A DNA stretch of 32,000 nt from Nostoc sp. PCC 7120 = FACHB-418. GTDB taxonomy: Bacteria; Cyanobacteriota; Cyanobacteriia; Cyanobacteriales; Nostocaceae. The notes beneath the pieces were generated by a model that did no database searches, was not told where the DNA came from, and was given only the letters and a program-made list of their open reading frames with translations. The stretch spans positions 4,680,001 to 4,712,000 of the forward strand of contig NC_003272.1 in assembly GCF_000009705.1 (NCBI RefSeq), in the 5' to 3' direction. Made by a program: the position numbers and the translations under genes. Positions 1 through 9,348 of this stretch are shown piece after piece (position 1 is the first letter of the stretch; each line of letters opens with the position of its first letter).

Positions 1-1655
1 ACCTCGACGGTTGGGTCTTGTAAAATGACGTGAGCGCTTTGAGGCCCGGTGTTATCGCCAGATTCAACTAAGTAATCCCCGATATAAGTTCCGTCAGTAG
101 TTGTATAGCCTACTACCTTACCTGTTTGCTTGTAAATGTGTGCTAGCAGACGGGTAGTGGTGGTTTTACCGTTAGTGCCGGTAACGCTGAGGATGGGAAT
201 GCGGCCGGATTGTTCATTGGGGAAGAGCATATCCATAACTGCACCGGCAACGTTGCGGGGAATGCCTTGGCTAGGGGCTACGTGCATTCTAAAGCCGGGT
301 GCAGCGTTGACTTCGACAATTACACCGTCTAATTCCCTTAAGGGGCGGCTAATGTCGGTAGTGACGATATCTAGTCCGGCGATATCTAAACCGATAATCT
401 TGACTACTCTTTGGGCTAACCAGACGTTTTCCGGGTGAATTTCGTCTGTCCTATCTACAGCAGTACCACCTGTACTCAGGTTGGCAGTTGCCCTTAAATA
501 ACAAATCGTGCCTTTTGGTGGCACGCTGTTGAGTGTGTAACCTGCCCTTTCGAGTAGTTGGTAACTGGTACGGTCTAGTTCTATCTTGGTAAGGACTTTA
601 TCGTGTCCGTCGCCACGGTTGGGGTCTTGGTTGATTTCCTCTATTAGTTCGGCGACAGTGGATCTGCCATTACCAATCACATGAGCTGGTACACGTTCAG
701 CAACGGCCACAACTTTACCATCTACCACTAGGACTCTGTGGTCGCGCCCAACGTAATATCGCTCAACAATTATTGAGCGAGAAACTTGTCTGGCTGCTTC
801 GTAAGCGGCTTCAGCTTCTTCCCAACTTCTAATATCGATAGTGATACCGCGTCCATGATTGCCATCTAGGGGCTTGATGACAATCGGATAACCGCCGACA
901 TATTCGATGGCTTCTTCCAAATCATCCAAGAAATTAATGACTGTACCCCTGGGTACCGGCACACCAGATGCGGCTAAGATGCGTTTGGTTGCTTCTTTGT
1001 CGCAAGCTAGTTCTACGCCTAAAATACCCGTTTTATCGGTCATTGTGGCCTGCATCCGCTTATGATTCACGCCATAGCCTAGTTGAATCAAAAAGCGTGC
1101 GCTCAGCTGCATCCAAGGGATGCCACGTTTCTCTGCTTCTTTGACAATTGCTTCGGTGGAGGGGCCCAGGGAAGCATCACGCCATAAATCTTTCAGGTCT
1201 TGTATATCTTGCTCTAGTTCTGCCTTGGGGTATCGACCGCGATCTACAATGCTTTGGCACAACCTGACAGCTGCTCGTCCAGCATAGCGTCCCGCTTCCT
1301 CGTTTAAATACTCGATTACTACCTGATAAATTCCAGGTGTGGCAGTTTCACGGGTACGACCAAAGCCCACGTGCATTCCAGCTAATTCTTGGAGTTCTAG
1401 GGCTACGTGTTCCACGATATGACCCATCATGGTGCCTTCTCGCACTCTCATCAAAAAACCACCATGACAGCCAGGCGAGCAATAATGACCTTCCAGACTT
1501 GGCAGCGCCTCTACTAATCCTTCATAAAATCCGGGGATTTCATTTGATGGCGTCTCGGCAAGGGTTTCCAAATCGAGGCGCATGACGATCAGTTTGTGGC
1601 GTCGAATGCTCCAGTAGTTTGGGCCGCGTAAGGTCTGGATCTTGAGGATTCTCAT
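1..1655 (-). CDS. cphA: cyanophycin synthetase, N-terminal ~551 codons (gene runs off the window at position 1)
   Basis: Absent from the ORF track because it is truncated by the window edge. Hand translation of the minus strand from ATG (complement of 1653-1655) gives MRILKIQTLRGPNYWSIRRHKLIVMRLDLE... It continues through an ATP-grasp-like region to a Mur-ligase-type P-loop, SVTGTNGKTTT (complement of ~155-190). It lies directly downstream of cphB, as in known cphBA operons. Confidence 0.9.
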   Translation of the reverse strand, partial: MRILKIQTLRGPNYWSIRRHKLIVMRLDLETLAETPSNEIPGFYEGLVEALPSLEGHYCSPGCHGGFLMRVREGTMMGHIVEHVALELQELAGMHVGFGRTRETATPGIYQVVIEYLNEEAGRYAGRAAVRLCQSIVDRGRYPKAELEQDIQDLKDLWRDASLGPSTEAIVKEAEKRGIPWMQLSARFLIQLGYGVNHKRMQATMTDKTGILGVELACDKEATKRILAASGVPVPRGTVINFLDDLEEAIEYVGGYPIVIKPLDGNHGRGITIDIRSWEEAEAAYEAARQVSRSIIVERYYVGRDHRVLVVDGKVVAVAERVPAHVIGNGRSTVAELIEEINQDPNRGDGHDKVLTKIELDRTSYQLLERAGYTLNSVPPKGTICYLRATANLSTGGTAVDRTDEIHPENVWLAQRVVKIIGLDIAGLDIVTTDISRPLRELDGVIVEVNAAPGFRMHVAPSQGIPRNVAGAVMDMLFPNEQSGRIPILSVTGTNGKTTTTRLLAHIYKQTGKVVGYTTTDGTYIGDYLVESGDNTGPQSAHVILQDPTVE

Positions 1656-1827
1656 GGGAATAGGTAGATGGAGATTCGGAACCAAAATTCTAGTTTCTTA
1701 CTGGAATTGATCGCTAAACTGTTCATGAAAAACAGTTTTTATCTTTTTACATGGTATTCCTCTGGTTTTTCTACAGCAGGAAATAAATTAAAGATCAATT
1801 CAGTCTAACCTCAGGTACTCTATTCCG

Positions 1828-2691
1828 TCAGCTGGAGATCCGGTGTACGGCAGGCAATACAGTCCTTTGGTACAGATGGAAGCGATCGCCATAGCTGAGG
1901 ATATGCAGACGTAAGTTATGCACGGTTAAAGGTTCGTTCGCGCCAACGTGGGGTTCGTTGGTGTGGGTGAGTTCGGTGGGATCGACAATGGTGACGCTGC
2001 CTTTACCCAAGACTTGGAGCCAACCATCGCGTTCAAATACAGCACAAGTATCTTCATCAATGCCAATACCTAGTCTATCGGGGTGAGCAGCGACCGCACT
2101 AATTAGGCGACCCATCCGATTGCGGTTGTGGAAATGTTGATCAACAATCACTTCGGGAATTAACCCCAAACCTGTTGCCATATCCACTAGGGAACGATTA
2201 GGTGTTTCACCACTACCGCCGCCAGCAATCATGTGATGCCCCATCACTGCTGCCCCAGCACTTGTACCTGCCAGAGTCAGTTGCCCGCCTCTCACTCGCT
2301 GTCGGATTATTTCCATTACTGGTGTATCAGATAGTACACCACACAGGCGCAGTTGGTCTCCTCCGGTTAAGAAAACACCACTACAGGCTTCAAGGGATGC
2401 CTTTACCTGGGAAGATTCGCATTGTTCCCGTTCACGGATGTCTAAAATTTCGACCTTTTCAGCACCCATTTCTTCAAAAATGCGAATGTACCGTCCACCA
2501 ATAATTGCAGGTTCGCGGGAGGCAGATGGAATAATTGTAATATAGGCTTTGCTTGCACCAGCTCGTCCAAAAAAAGTTCTGAGGATTTCGCGTCCATGAA
2601 CTTTATCTTCTGCGCCTCCGATTACGAGAACGGCGGTCTTAGTTGCTTGGGGTGTCCTCATTTCCAGCGATTTAGCTTGTAATTGCGGCAT
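1828..2691 (-). CDS. cphB: cyanophycinase (peptidase S51)
   Basis: ORF 1828-2769 contains VLVIGGAEDK and the GTSAGAAVMG serine-nucleophile motif typical of cyanophycinase. I place the start at the third in-frame ATG (complement of 2689-2691) because AGGAGA lies 6 nt upstream. In-frame ATGs at 2724 and 2769 sit inside a tandem duplication and cannot be excluded. Confidence 0.85.
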   Translation of the reverse strand: MPQLQAKSLEMRTPQATKTAVLVIGGAEDKVHGREILRTFFGRAGASKAYITIIPSASREPAIIGGRYIRIFEEMGAEKVEILDIREREQCESSQVKASLEACSGVFLTGGDQLRLCGVLSDTPVMEIIRQRVRGGQLTLAGTSAGAAVMGHHMIAGGGSGETPNRSLVDMATGLGLIPEVIVDQHFHNRNRMGRLISAVAAHPDRLGIGIDEDTCAVFERDGWLQVLGKGSVTIVDPTELTHTNEPHVGANEPLTVHNLRLHILSYGDRFHLYQRTVLPAVHRISS

Positions 2692-2719
2692 TGTGTTTCT
2701 CCTGTCAACAACTTTAGGA

Positions 2720-2815
2720 GCCATCGCCTTGGACGGTTTCCCCGGCTTGTAGCGAATGGCGTGAGCCATCGCTGTGGACGGTTAGTTTTCCCGGCTTGTG
2801 GCGAATGGCGTGTGA
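2720..2815 (-). repeat. tandem duplication (45 nt + 51 nt, ~90% identical) in the cphB leader; each copy is a potential hairpin
   Basis: Copy 1 (2720-2764): gccatcgccttggacggtttccccggcttgtagcgaatggcgtga. Copy 2 (2765-2815): gccatcgctgtggacggttagttttcccggcttgtggcgaatggcgtgtga. In each copy gccatcgc can pair with gcgaatggc (one bulge). Confidence 0.8.
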
Positions 2816-3303
2816 ATTTAACAAGGTTTAGGAGCCTGATGATGTTTGCACTTTGCTTTTTTCCTGAGGACACTGCAACATATACACACAAAGCCTCATG
2901 ATTTGTATGTCCCGTGTCCCCAAAGCCAGCGCCTTGTTCTTCACCTGTCCACTTTTTCCAGACTGGCTCATTAGTGCTTGGGGTTCAGGTTCCCCTCTGG
3001 CGCTAGGAATTAGTTTTCCCATCTGGGCTAAGAGTGAGCAGGTCATTACACACATTTTCTGAGGCTGGCTCGACGCATCCTGTAAGTTGTTAACCTGGTT
3101 AGATTATTTATTTAAATGGTAGTTGTCACAATATTTAAACATAAATTAAGTAATTAGAAAAACTTTTGATCCCAAGAAAAAGCAATAGTTCTAGTACTTT
3201 TAGATACTATTGTGAAAGCTCATCTGTACTTTTACCCTGTGTAAGCATCTTGTGTTTGATAGTCATTCAAATCTAAGATTAGTGTTCTCGAATACGAATT
3301 ACT

Positions 3304-4062
3304 GTGCGTTTTGATATAGTTACACTTTTTCCTGACTGTTTTACCTCAGTTCTTAGCTCTGGCCTGCTGGGTAAAGCTCTTGCCAAACAGATTGCCCAAG
3401 TGAATTTGGTAAATCCCAGAGATTTCACTACAGATAAACACCGCAAGGTAGATGACGAACCTTATGGTGGCGGTGTAGGGATGTTGATGAAACCAGAACC
3501 AATTTTTAGTGCTGTAGAGTCGCTGCCGATTTTAGAGCGCCGAGAAGTTATTTTGATGAGTCCCCAAGGTCAAACAATTAATCAGCCGCTATTACGAGAA
3601 TTGGTCAGCAATTATGAGCAATTAGTAGTAATTTGTGGGCATTACGAAGGGGTAGATGATAGGGTATTACATTTAGTCACCCGTGAAGTATCTTTGGGAG
3701 ATTTCATCCTCACAGGGGGAGAAATTCCGGCAATGGCATTAATTAATGGTGTGGTGCGATTGTTACCTGGAACTGTCGCCAAAACAGAATCCCTGACTGC
3801 GGAAAGTTTTGAGGAAGGTTTATTAGATTATCCCCAGTACACCCGTCCGGCAAACTTTCGCGGCTGGAAAGTCCCTGATGTTTTGTTATCTGGAAATCAC
3901 GCCGCTATTGCCCAATGGCGCTATGAACAACAGATTAAAAGAACAAGCGATCGCCGCCCTGATTTGCTAGAAAAATGGCAACAGGAGAAGAAGCAGGGGA
4001 GCAGGGAGCAGGGAGCAAGGGAAGCAGGGGGAGTAGGGGGAGAAATAACAACTGACGACTGA
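3304..4062 (+). CDS. trmD: tRNA (guanine37-N1)-methyltransferase
   Basis: GTG start. MRFDIVTLFPDCF..., YGGGVGMLMKPEP and SLGDFILTGGE are classic TrmD motifs. The last ~25 aa (QGSREQGAREAGGVGGEITTDD) are encoded by heptamer STRR DNA. Confidence 0.9.
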   Translation: MRFDIVTLFPDCFTSVLSSGLLGKALAKQIAQVNLVNPRDFTTDKHRKVDDEPYGGGVGMLMKPEPIFSAVESLPILERREVILMSPQGQTINQPLLRELVSNYEQLVVICGHYEGVDDRVLHLVTREVSLGDFILTGGEIPAMALINGVVRLLPGTVAKTESLTAESFEEGLLDYPQYTRPANFRGWKVPDVLLSGNHAAIAQWRYEQQIKRTSDRRPDLLEKWQQEKKQGSREQGAREAGGVGGEITTDD

Positions 4063-4078
4063 CAACTGACTAATGACT
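3992..4078. repeat. STRR heptamer arrays (GCAGGGA-type, then CAACTGA-type)
   Basis: gcagggg agcaggg agcaggg agcaagg ... followed by caactga cgactga caactga ctaatga. The trmD stop codon (4060-4062) and the ispF ATG (4073) both lie inside the second array. Confidence 0.8.
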
Positions 4079-4570
4079 ATGAGTATAAGAATTGGTAACG
4101 GCTACGATATTCACAGATTAGTGAGCGATCGCGCTTTGATTTTGGGTGGTGTCCACATTCCCCATGAACTTGGTTTATTGGGGCATAGTGATGCTGATGT
4201 CCTCACTCACGCCATTATGGATGCCATGTTGGGGGCATTATCTTTGGGGGATATTGGTCATTATTTCCCCCCCACTGATCCCCAATGGGCTGGGGCAGAT
4301 AGTTTAGTTTTGTTAAGTCAGGTAAATGAGTTAATCCGCACTCAAGGTTGGCGTATAGGTAACATTGACTCGGTAGTAGTTGCAGAACGTCCAAAATTGA
4401 AACCACACATTAAAACCATGCGTGACAAACTAGCCGATATTTTGCAATTAGAACCAAATCAAATTGGTGTCAAAGCTACAACTAATGAGAAATTAGGGCC
4501 TGTGGGACGAGAAGAGGGTATTTGTGCTTATGCTGTTGTCTTGCTGGTAAGTTCTGATGAGATTAGTTAA
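4073..4570 (+). CDS. ispF: 2-C-methyl-D-erythritol 2,4-cyclodiphosphate synthase
   Basis: [12 protein letters not shown] and [16 protein letters not shown] motifs; ~160 aa, typical of IspF. Confidence 0.9.
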   Translation: MTMSIRIGNGYDIHRLVSDRALILGGVHIPHELGLLGHSDADVLTHAIMDAMLGALSLGDIGHYFPPTDPQWAGADSLVLLSQVNELIRTQGWRIGNIDSVVVAERPKLKPHIKTMRDKLADILQLEPNQIGVKATTNEKLGPVGREEGICAYAVVLLVSSDEIS

Positions 4571-4651
4571 CTCAAAATTGGAGGATGGAGAATGCAGGCA
4601 AAAATGCAACATAGCTAAAATATTAAATCAACTATTAGTGCATCTAAATTT

Positions 4652-6439
4652 ATGCCATATACAAATAATCTCATTTCCTTAATTAAGCGTTTTTGGATAC
4701 TCATAATTCTGGCTGCATTTACAGCAGTTACAGTTGCAGCTTGTAACCCATCTAACTTTAGAAGCTCGGCTGCTCAGATACCGCAATTAGTAACTAGTAT
4801 TCTCAGTGATCCTAAAACATTCAACTATCCTTTAAGTTCGGAATCACCTAATGTTTTTGGGTTGATTTATGAGGGGTTAATTAGCGAAAATTATGATACT
4901 GGTGAAGTCGAGCCAGCTTTAGCAGAATCTTGGACGATTTCTGAAGATAAATTAAAAATTGTTTTTACTCTTCGTGAGGGTTTAAAGTGGTCGGATGGGC
5001 AACCACTAACTGTAGATGATGTTGTATTTACTTACAATGACATTTACTTTAACGAAGCCATTCCTACAGATATCAGAGATATTATGAGGATTGGTGAAAG
5101 TCGGAAATTGCCAACTGTGAGAAAAGTTGATACTCGTCGAGTTGAGTTTGCTGTTCCCGAACCGTTCGCGCCTTTTTTACGCAGTGCGACAGGTGCGGCA
5201 ATCTTACCAGCCCATGCACTACGAGAATCTATAAAAACCAAAGATAGTGAGGGTAAGCCCACGTTTTTACAAAAATGGGGGGTAGATACACCGCCAGACC
5301 AAATTGTCGTGAATGGTTTGTACAAATTGGAGCGTTATGACACCAGTGAACGTGTAGTTTTCCGACGCAATCCTTACTATTGGCGTAAAGGCCCAAAAGG
5401 TGAATCTCAACCTTATATTGAACGATTGGTCTGGCAAATTGTCGAATCAACAGATACCTCGTTACTACAGTTTCGTTCTGGTGGTTTGGATAGTATTGGT
5501 GTTTCCCCAGACTACTTTTCTCTGCTGAAGGTGCAAGAAAAGCAAGGTAATTTTAAGATATATAATGGCGGCCCGGCGGCTGGGACAACTTTTATATTGT
5601 TTAACTTGAATAAGGGTAAAAGAGACGGTAAACCATTAGTTGATCCGGTAAAATCCCGTTGGTTTAATACAGTAGAGTTTCGTCAAGCTGTGGCTTATGC
5701 AGTTGACCGCCAAACGATGATTAATAATATTTATCGGGGTTTGGGTCAAACGCAAAATTCCCCAATTTCTGTACAAAGTCCTTATTATCTGTCGCCCGAA
5801 GAAGGGTTAAAGGTTTACGATTACAATTTAGAAAAAGCCAAGCAATTGTTATTGAAAACGGGCTTTAAATATAATGCTCAAAATCAGTTATTAGACTCTG
5901 AAGGTAATCGAGTCCGCTTTACACTGCTGACGAATGCTGGTAACAAAATTCGTGAGGCAATGGGGTCACAGATTAAACAAGATTTGAGCAAAATCGGCAT
6001 ACAGGTAGATTTTACACCCTTGGCATGGAATACTTATACAGACAAGCTGGCGAATACTTTAGATTGGGAAGCTTCCATGCTGGGTTTGACTGGCGGTTTA
6101 GAACCAAATGATGGTGCTAATGTCTGGAATCCTGAAGGCGGATTACATATGTTTAACCAAAAGCCCCAAGCAGGACAAAAGCCCATTACAGGTTGGGAAG
6201 TAGCACCGTGGGAAGCGAAAATCGGTCAACTCTACATTCAAGGTGCTAGAGAGTTAGACGAAACCAAACGTAAAGCAATCTATGCCGAAACCCAAAAAAT
6301 CACTCAAGAGAACTTACCATTCATTTACTTGGTAAATCCATATTCATTATCCGCAGTACGCGATCGCTTTGCAGGTATTCGCTTCTCAGCACTAGGTGGC
6401 GCATTCTGGAACTTGTACGAAATCAAAATAGTTAAGTAG
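4652..6439 (+). CDS. ABC transporter substrate-binding lipoprotein, family 5 (peptide/nickel, OppA/DppA/NikA-like), orphan
   Basis: 595 aa. N-terminal signal with lipobox (TVAAC). Length and overall composition match family-5 substrate-binding proteins. No permease or ATPase genes are adjacent. Confidence 0.75.
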   Translation: MPYTNNLISLIKRFWILIILAAFTAVTVAACNPSNFRSSAAQIPQLVTSILSDPKTFNYPLSSESPNVFGLIYEGLISENYDTGEVEPALAESWTISEDKLKIVFTLREGLKWSDGQPLTVDDVVFTYNDIYFNEAIPTDIRDIMRIGESRKLPTVRKVDTRRVEFAVPEPFAPFLRSATGAAILPAHALRESIKTKDSEGKPTFLQKWGVDTPPDQIVVNGLYKLERYDTSERVVFRRNPYYWRKGPKGESQPYIERLVWQIVESTDTSLLQFRSGGLDSIGVSPDYFSLLKVQEKQGNFKIYNGGPAAGTTFILFNLNKGKRDGKPLVDPVKSRWFNTVEFRQAVAYAVDRQTMINNIYRGLGQTQNSPISVQSPYYLSPEEGLKVYDYNLEKAKQLLLKTGFKYNAQNQLLDSEGNRVRFTLLTNAGNKIREAMGSQIKQDLSKIGIQVDFTPLAWNTYTDKLANTLDWEASMLGLTGGLEPNDGANVWNPEGGLHMFNQKPQAGQKPITGWEVAPWEAKIGQLYIQGARELDETKRKAIYAETQKITQENLPFIYLVNPYSLSAVRDRFAGIRFSALGGAFWNLYEIKIVK

Positions 6440-6520
6440 GTAATTGGTAATTGGTAAGCAAGAAAACTTTTACCCATTACCCATCACCCATTACCCATCA
6501 CCACATTACCCAAAATTACC
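6439..6520. repeat. STRR heptamer arrays in inverted orientation (GGTAATT x3 ... TACCCAT/CACCCAT x6)
   Basis: ggtaattggtaattggtaagc, an 11-nt spacer, then tacccattacccatcacccattacccatcaccacattacccaaaattacc. Confidence 0.8.
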
Positions 6521-7309
6521 GTGACTCAACCTGAAGCTTTGCGATCGCTCCTAGAGGCGGTTGCCAATGGTAAAGTTACCCCAGATAAGGCTTTACACTC
6601 TCTCAAAGACTTAGCCTATGAACCTGTGGGTGAGTTTGCCAAAATTGATAATCACCGTCATCTGAGAACTGGTTTCCCAGAAGTAATTTGGGGGCCAGGT
6701 AAAACACCAGAACAAATTGTGCAGATTATGGAGGTGATGCGTCAGCGCAATCCGGTAGTGATGGCTACCCGCATTGAACCAAGCGTTTATACTCTATTGC
6801 AACCAAAAATTAGAGATTTACGTTACTACGAATTGGCAAGAATTTGCGCTATCATTCCGCCGACTATCGAACCACGCTTTGCAGGAATTATCAGTATTCT
6901 TTCTGCGGGTACTGCTGACTTACCCGTGGCTGAGGAAGCAGCCGTGACAGCCGAACTGTCTGGTTTTCGTGTACAGCGTCTTTGGGATGTGGGTGTTGCA
7001 GGGATTCATCGCTTGCTGAGTAATCGCCATCTGATTGAATCAGCATCAGTGTTGATTGTCGTCGCGGGGATGGAAGGCGCGTTACCCAGTGTGGTGGCTG
7101 GTTTAGCTAGTTGTCCTGTAATTGCTGTGCCTACTAGTGTGGGTTATGGTGCTAGTTTTGGCGGTTTAGCACCTTTATTGACAATGCTCAATTCATGTGC
7201 AGCTGGTGTAGGCGTAGTCAATATAGATAATGGTTTTGGTGCAGCCGTGTTGGCTGGGCAAATTTTGCGGACAGCCGAGAAATTGCGGTTGGCATCACAA
7301 GAATCTTGA
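6521..7309 (+). CDS. larB: LarB-type PurE-like carboxylase/hydrolase (nickel-pincer cofactor biosynthesis; COG1691)
   Basis: GTG start. The C-terminal PurE-like domain has SAGTADLPVAEEA and VAGMEGALPSVVAGL...PVIAVPTSVGYG. The N-terminal ~100-aa extension is typical of LarB. Confidence 0.75.
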   Translation: MTQPEALRSLLEAVANGKVTPDKALHSLKDLAYEPVGEFAKIDNHRHLRTGFPEVIWGPGKTPEQIVQIMEVMRQRNPVVMATRIEPSVYTLLQPKIRDLRYYELARICAIIPPTIEPRFAGIISILSAGTADLPVAEEAAVTAELSGFRVQRLWDVGVAGIHRLLSNRHLIESASVLIVVAGMEGALPSVVAGLASCPVIAVPTSVGYGASFGGLAPLLTMLNSCAAGVGVVNIDNGFGAAVLAGQILRTAEKLRLASQES

Positions 7310-7363
7310 GTTATGACATCAAGGTAATTGGGGGAAATAAATTCAAAATTCAAAATTCGTCTT

Positions 7364-7404
7364 GGAAAGTTGGGCGGGACGGAAACCGACACCGCCCACT
7401 TTCC
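7364..7404 (+). terminator. GC-rich hairpin flanked by AAATTCA heptamers; candidate terminator after larB
   Basis: ggaaagttgggcgg (7364-7377) pairs with ccgcccactttcc (7392-7404), with a 14-nt loop. aaaattcaaaattttt follows. Confidence 0.4.
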
Positions 7405-7482
7405 GCAAAATTCAAAATTTTTACATGGATTTTGGGTTTGAAAATAATTTCCAACCTCTAGGCTTTACCTTAGTTACCTCAG

Positions 7483-7689
7483 ATGAACTACTTTAACGAT
7501 TTAATATTTGAGACTGTTGGGTATTTTTCTGTTAATTTCCCTATGCTGGCGCAGAATGTGACCGACCCTAACGTTGTTGGTCAGATCCAAAAAACCTGGA
7601 ATCATTTTATCCAGACAGGTCAAGTCTGGGCGCTGTTGATTGGTTTAGTTATTGGCTATATGTTCCGTAACCTGACTAAGTACGGTTGA
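7483..7689 (+). CDS. small hypothetical membrane protein (one C-terminal TM helix)
   Basis: 68-aa ORF with the hydrophobic segment VWALLIGLVIGYMF. No clear SD. An internal ATG at 7543 is possible. Confidence 0.45.
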   Translation: MNYFNDLIFETVGYFSVNFPMLAQNVTDPNVVGQIQKTWNHFIQTGQVWALLIGLVIGYMFRNLTKYG

Positions 7690-7698
7690 CAATAGTGA

Positions 7699-7814
7699 GG
7701 GCTAGGGGGTAGGGAGTAGGGAATAACGATAAATAGTAAGCTGAAAGGTTAGGGAGCAGGAGAAAGAAAATTTACCCAATCCCCAGCCCCCAGTCCCCCA
7801 ATCCCCAGTCCCCT
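7699..7814. repeat. STRR1-type heptamer arrays in inverted orientation (GGGNTAG ... CCCCAGT)
   Basis: gggctagggggtagggagtaggg (7699-7721) and cccaatccccagcccccagtcccccaatccccagtcccc (7775-7814). Confidence 0.8.
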
Positions 7815-7821
7815 TGTATTT

Positions 7822-9207
7822 ATGACCGAAAAACAAACTTGGAGTCAGCGATTTGAATCTGCTCTACATCCAGCGATCGCTCTTTTTAATGCCAGTATAA
7901 GTTTTGACATAGAATTAATAGAATACGACCTTACAGGCTCTCAAGCTCATGCCCAGATGTTGGCGCATACGGGGATTATTTCGCCGGCAGAAGGAGAACA
8001 ACTAGTTGCAGGTTTAGAACAAATTCGTGAAGAATATCGCCAGGGCAAATTTCAACCTGGTATCGATGCGGAAGATGTCCACTTTGCAGTTGAGCGACGG
8101 TTAACAGAAATTGTTGGAGATGTAGGTAAGAAATTACATACTGCGCGATCGCGTAATGATCAAGTCGGTACGGATACAAGACTTTACCTACGTGACCAAA
8201 TTTTACAAATCAAAACCCAATTACGGGAATTTCAACGGGTCTTATTAGATATAGCTGAAAAAAACGTGGAAACTCTAATTCCTGGTTACACTCACCTACA
8301 ACGCGCCCAGCCTGTGAGTTTAGCTCATCACTTGTTGGCTTACTTCCAAATGGCACAACGGGACTGGGAACGCTTAGGGGATGTTTATCGCCGGGTGAAT
8401 ATTTCGCCTTTGGGGTGTGGTGCTTTAGCTGGTACGACTTTTCCCATTGACCGCCACTACACAGCCGAATTGTTGCAGTTTGAGCGTATTTACGAGAATA
8501 GCTTGGATGGAGTGAGCGATCGCGATTTTGCCATTGAATTTTTGTGTGCGGCTAGTCTGATTATGGTTCACCTCAGCCGTCTTTCTGAAGAAATTATTCT
8601 TTGGGCATCGGAAGAATTTCGCTTCGTCATCCTCAAAGATAGTTGTGCAACAGGTTCCAGCATTATGCCCCAAAAGAAAAACCCCGACGTACCGGAATTA
8701 GTCAGGGGAAAAACTGGGCGTGTATTTGGTCATCTCCAAGCAATGTTGGTAATCATGAAAGGATTACCCTTGGCATATAACAAAGACCTGCAAGAAGACA
8801 AAGAAGGTTTATTTGACAGCGTTAACACAGTTAAGGCTTGTCTGGAAGCCATGACAATCTTGCTACAGGAAGGCTTGGAATTTCGGACTCAGCGCCTAGC
8901 TGAAGCTGTCACACAAGATTTTTCTAACGCTACCGATGTCGCAGATTATCTAGCAGCCAGGGGTGTTCCCTTCCGCGAAGCTTATAATATCGTGGGTAAA
9001 GTCGTTAAAACCAGTATTGCTGCTGGCAAACTTTTAAAGGATTTAACCTTAGAAGAATGGCAACAAATACACCCAAAATTTGCCGACGATATTTATGAAG
9101 CCATCTCCCCTCGTCAAGTTGTAGCTGCACGTAACAGTTACGGTGGTACTGGTTTTGCCCAGGTGAGTAAAGCCGTCAGCGCGGCGCGTAAGGAAATTGG
9201 AGAATAG
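7822..9207 (+). CDS. argH: argininosuccinate lyase
   Basis: 461 aa. Fumarate-lyase signature [11 protein letters not shown], plus TARSRNDQV and HLQRAQP motifs. Confidence 0.95.
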   Translation: MTEKQTWSQRFESALHPAIALFNASISFDIELIEYDLTGSQAHAQMLAHTGIISPAEGEQLVAGLEQIREEYRQGKFQPGIDAEDVHFAVERRLTEIVGDVGKKLHTARSRNDQVGTDTRLYLRDQILQIKTQLREFQRVLLDIAEKNVETLIPGYTHLQRAQPVSLAHHLLAYFQMAQRDWERLGDVYRRVNISPLGCGALAGTTFPIDRHYTAELLQFERIYENSLDGVSDRDFAIEFLCAASLIMVHLSRLSEEIILWASEEFRFVILKDSCATGSSIMPQKKNPDVPELVRGKTGRVFGHLQAMLVIMKGLPLAYNKDLQEDKEGLFDSVNTVKACLEAMTILLQEGLEFRTQRLAEAVTQDFSNATDVADYLAARGVPFREAYNIVGKVVKTSIAAGKLLKDLTLEEWQQIHPKFADDIYEAISPRQVVAARNSYGGTGFAQVSKAVSAARKEIGE

Positions 9208-9237
9208 GGGTGTAGGGGTTATTAGCGTACATCCAAA

Positions 9238-9262
9238 CACAACTGACAACTGACAACTGACA
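9238..9262. repeat. STRR heptamer array (ACAACTG x3.5)
   Basis: acaactgacaactgacaactgacac. Confidence 0.8.
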
Positions 9263-9272
9263 CGCAAAGCGG

Positions 9273-9305
9273 AATAAAAAACAAGGGTGTACAAGACGTA
9301 CACCC
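9273..9305 (-). terminator. rho-independent terminator for the small basic-protein gene
   Basis: gggtgtac (9285-9292) pairs with gtacaccc (9298-9305). On the minus strand the hairpin is followed by TTGTTTTTTATT. Confidence 0.6.
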
Positions 9306-9348
9306 TAAAAAACAAAACACTTAAAGAATCAAAATCTGAATAGACGAA

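Noticed and set aside
136-1585. Plus-strand ORFs 136-438 and 1337-1585.
   Set aside because: Both lie antisense within the clearly recognisable cphA reading frame and have low-complexity, non-protein-like sequences.
2692-3055. The N-terminal extension of the cphB ORF, and small ORFs 2658-2891 (-), 2683-2901 (+) and 2828-3055 (-).
   Set aside because: The extension and the overlapping ORFs run through the tandem duplication. A strong SD precedes only the ATG at 2691. The small ORFs overlap one another, with no motifs or signals.
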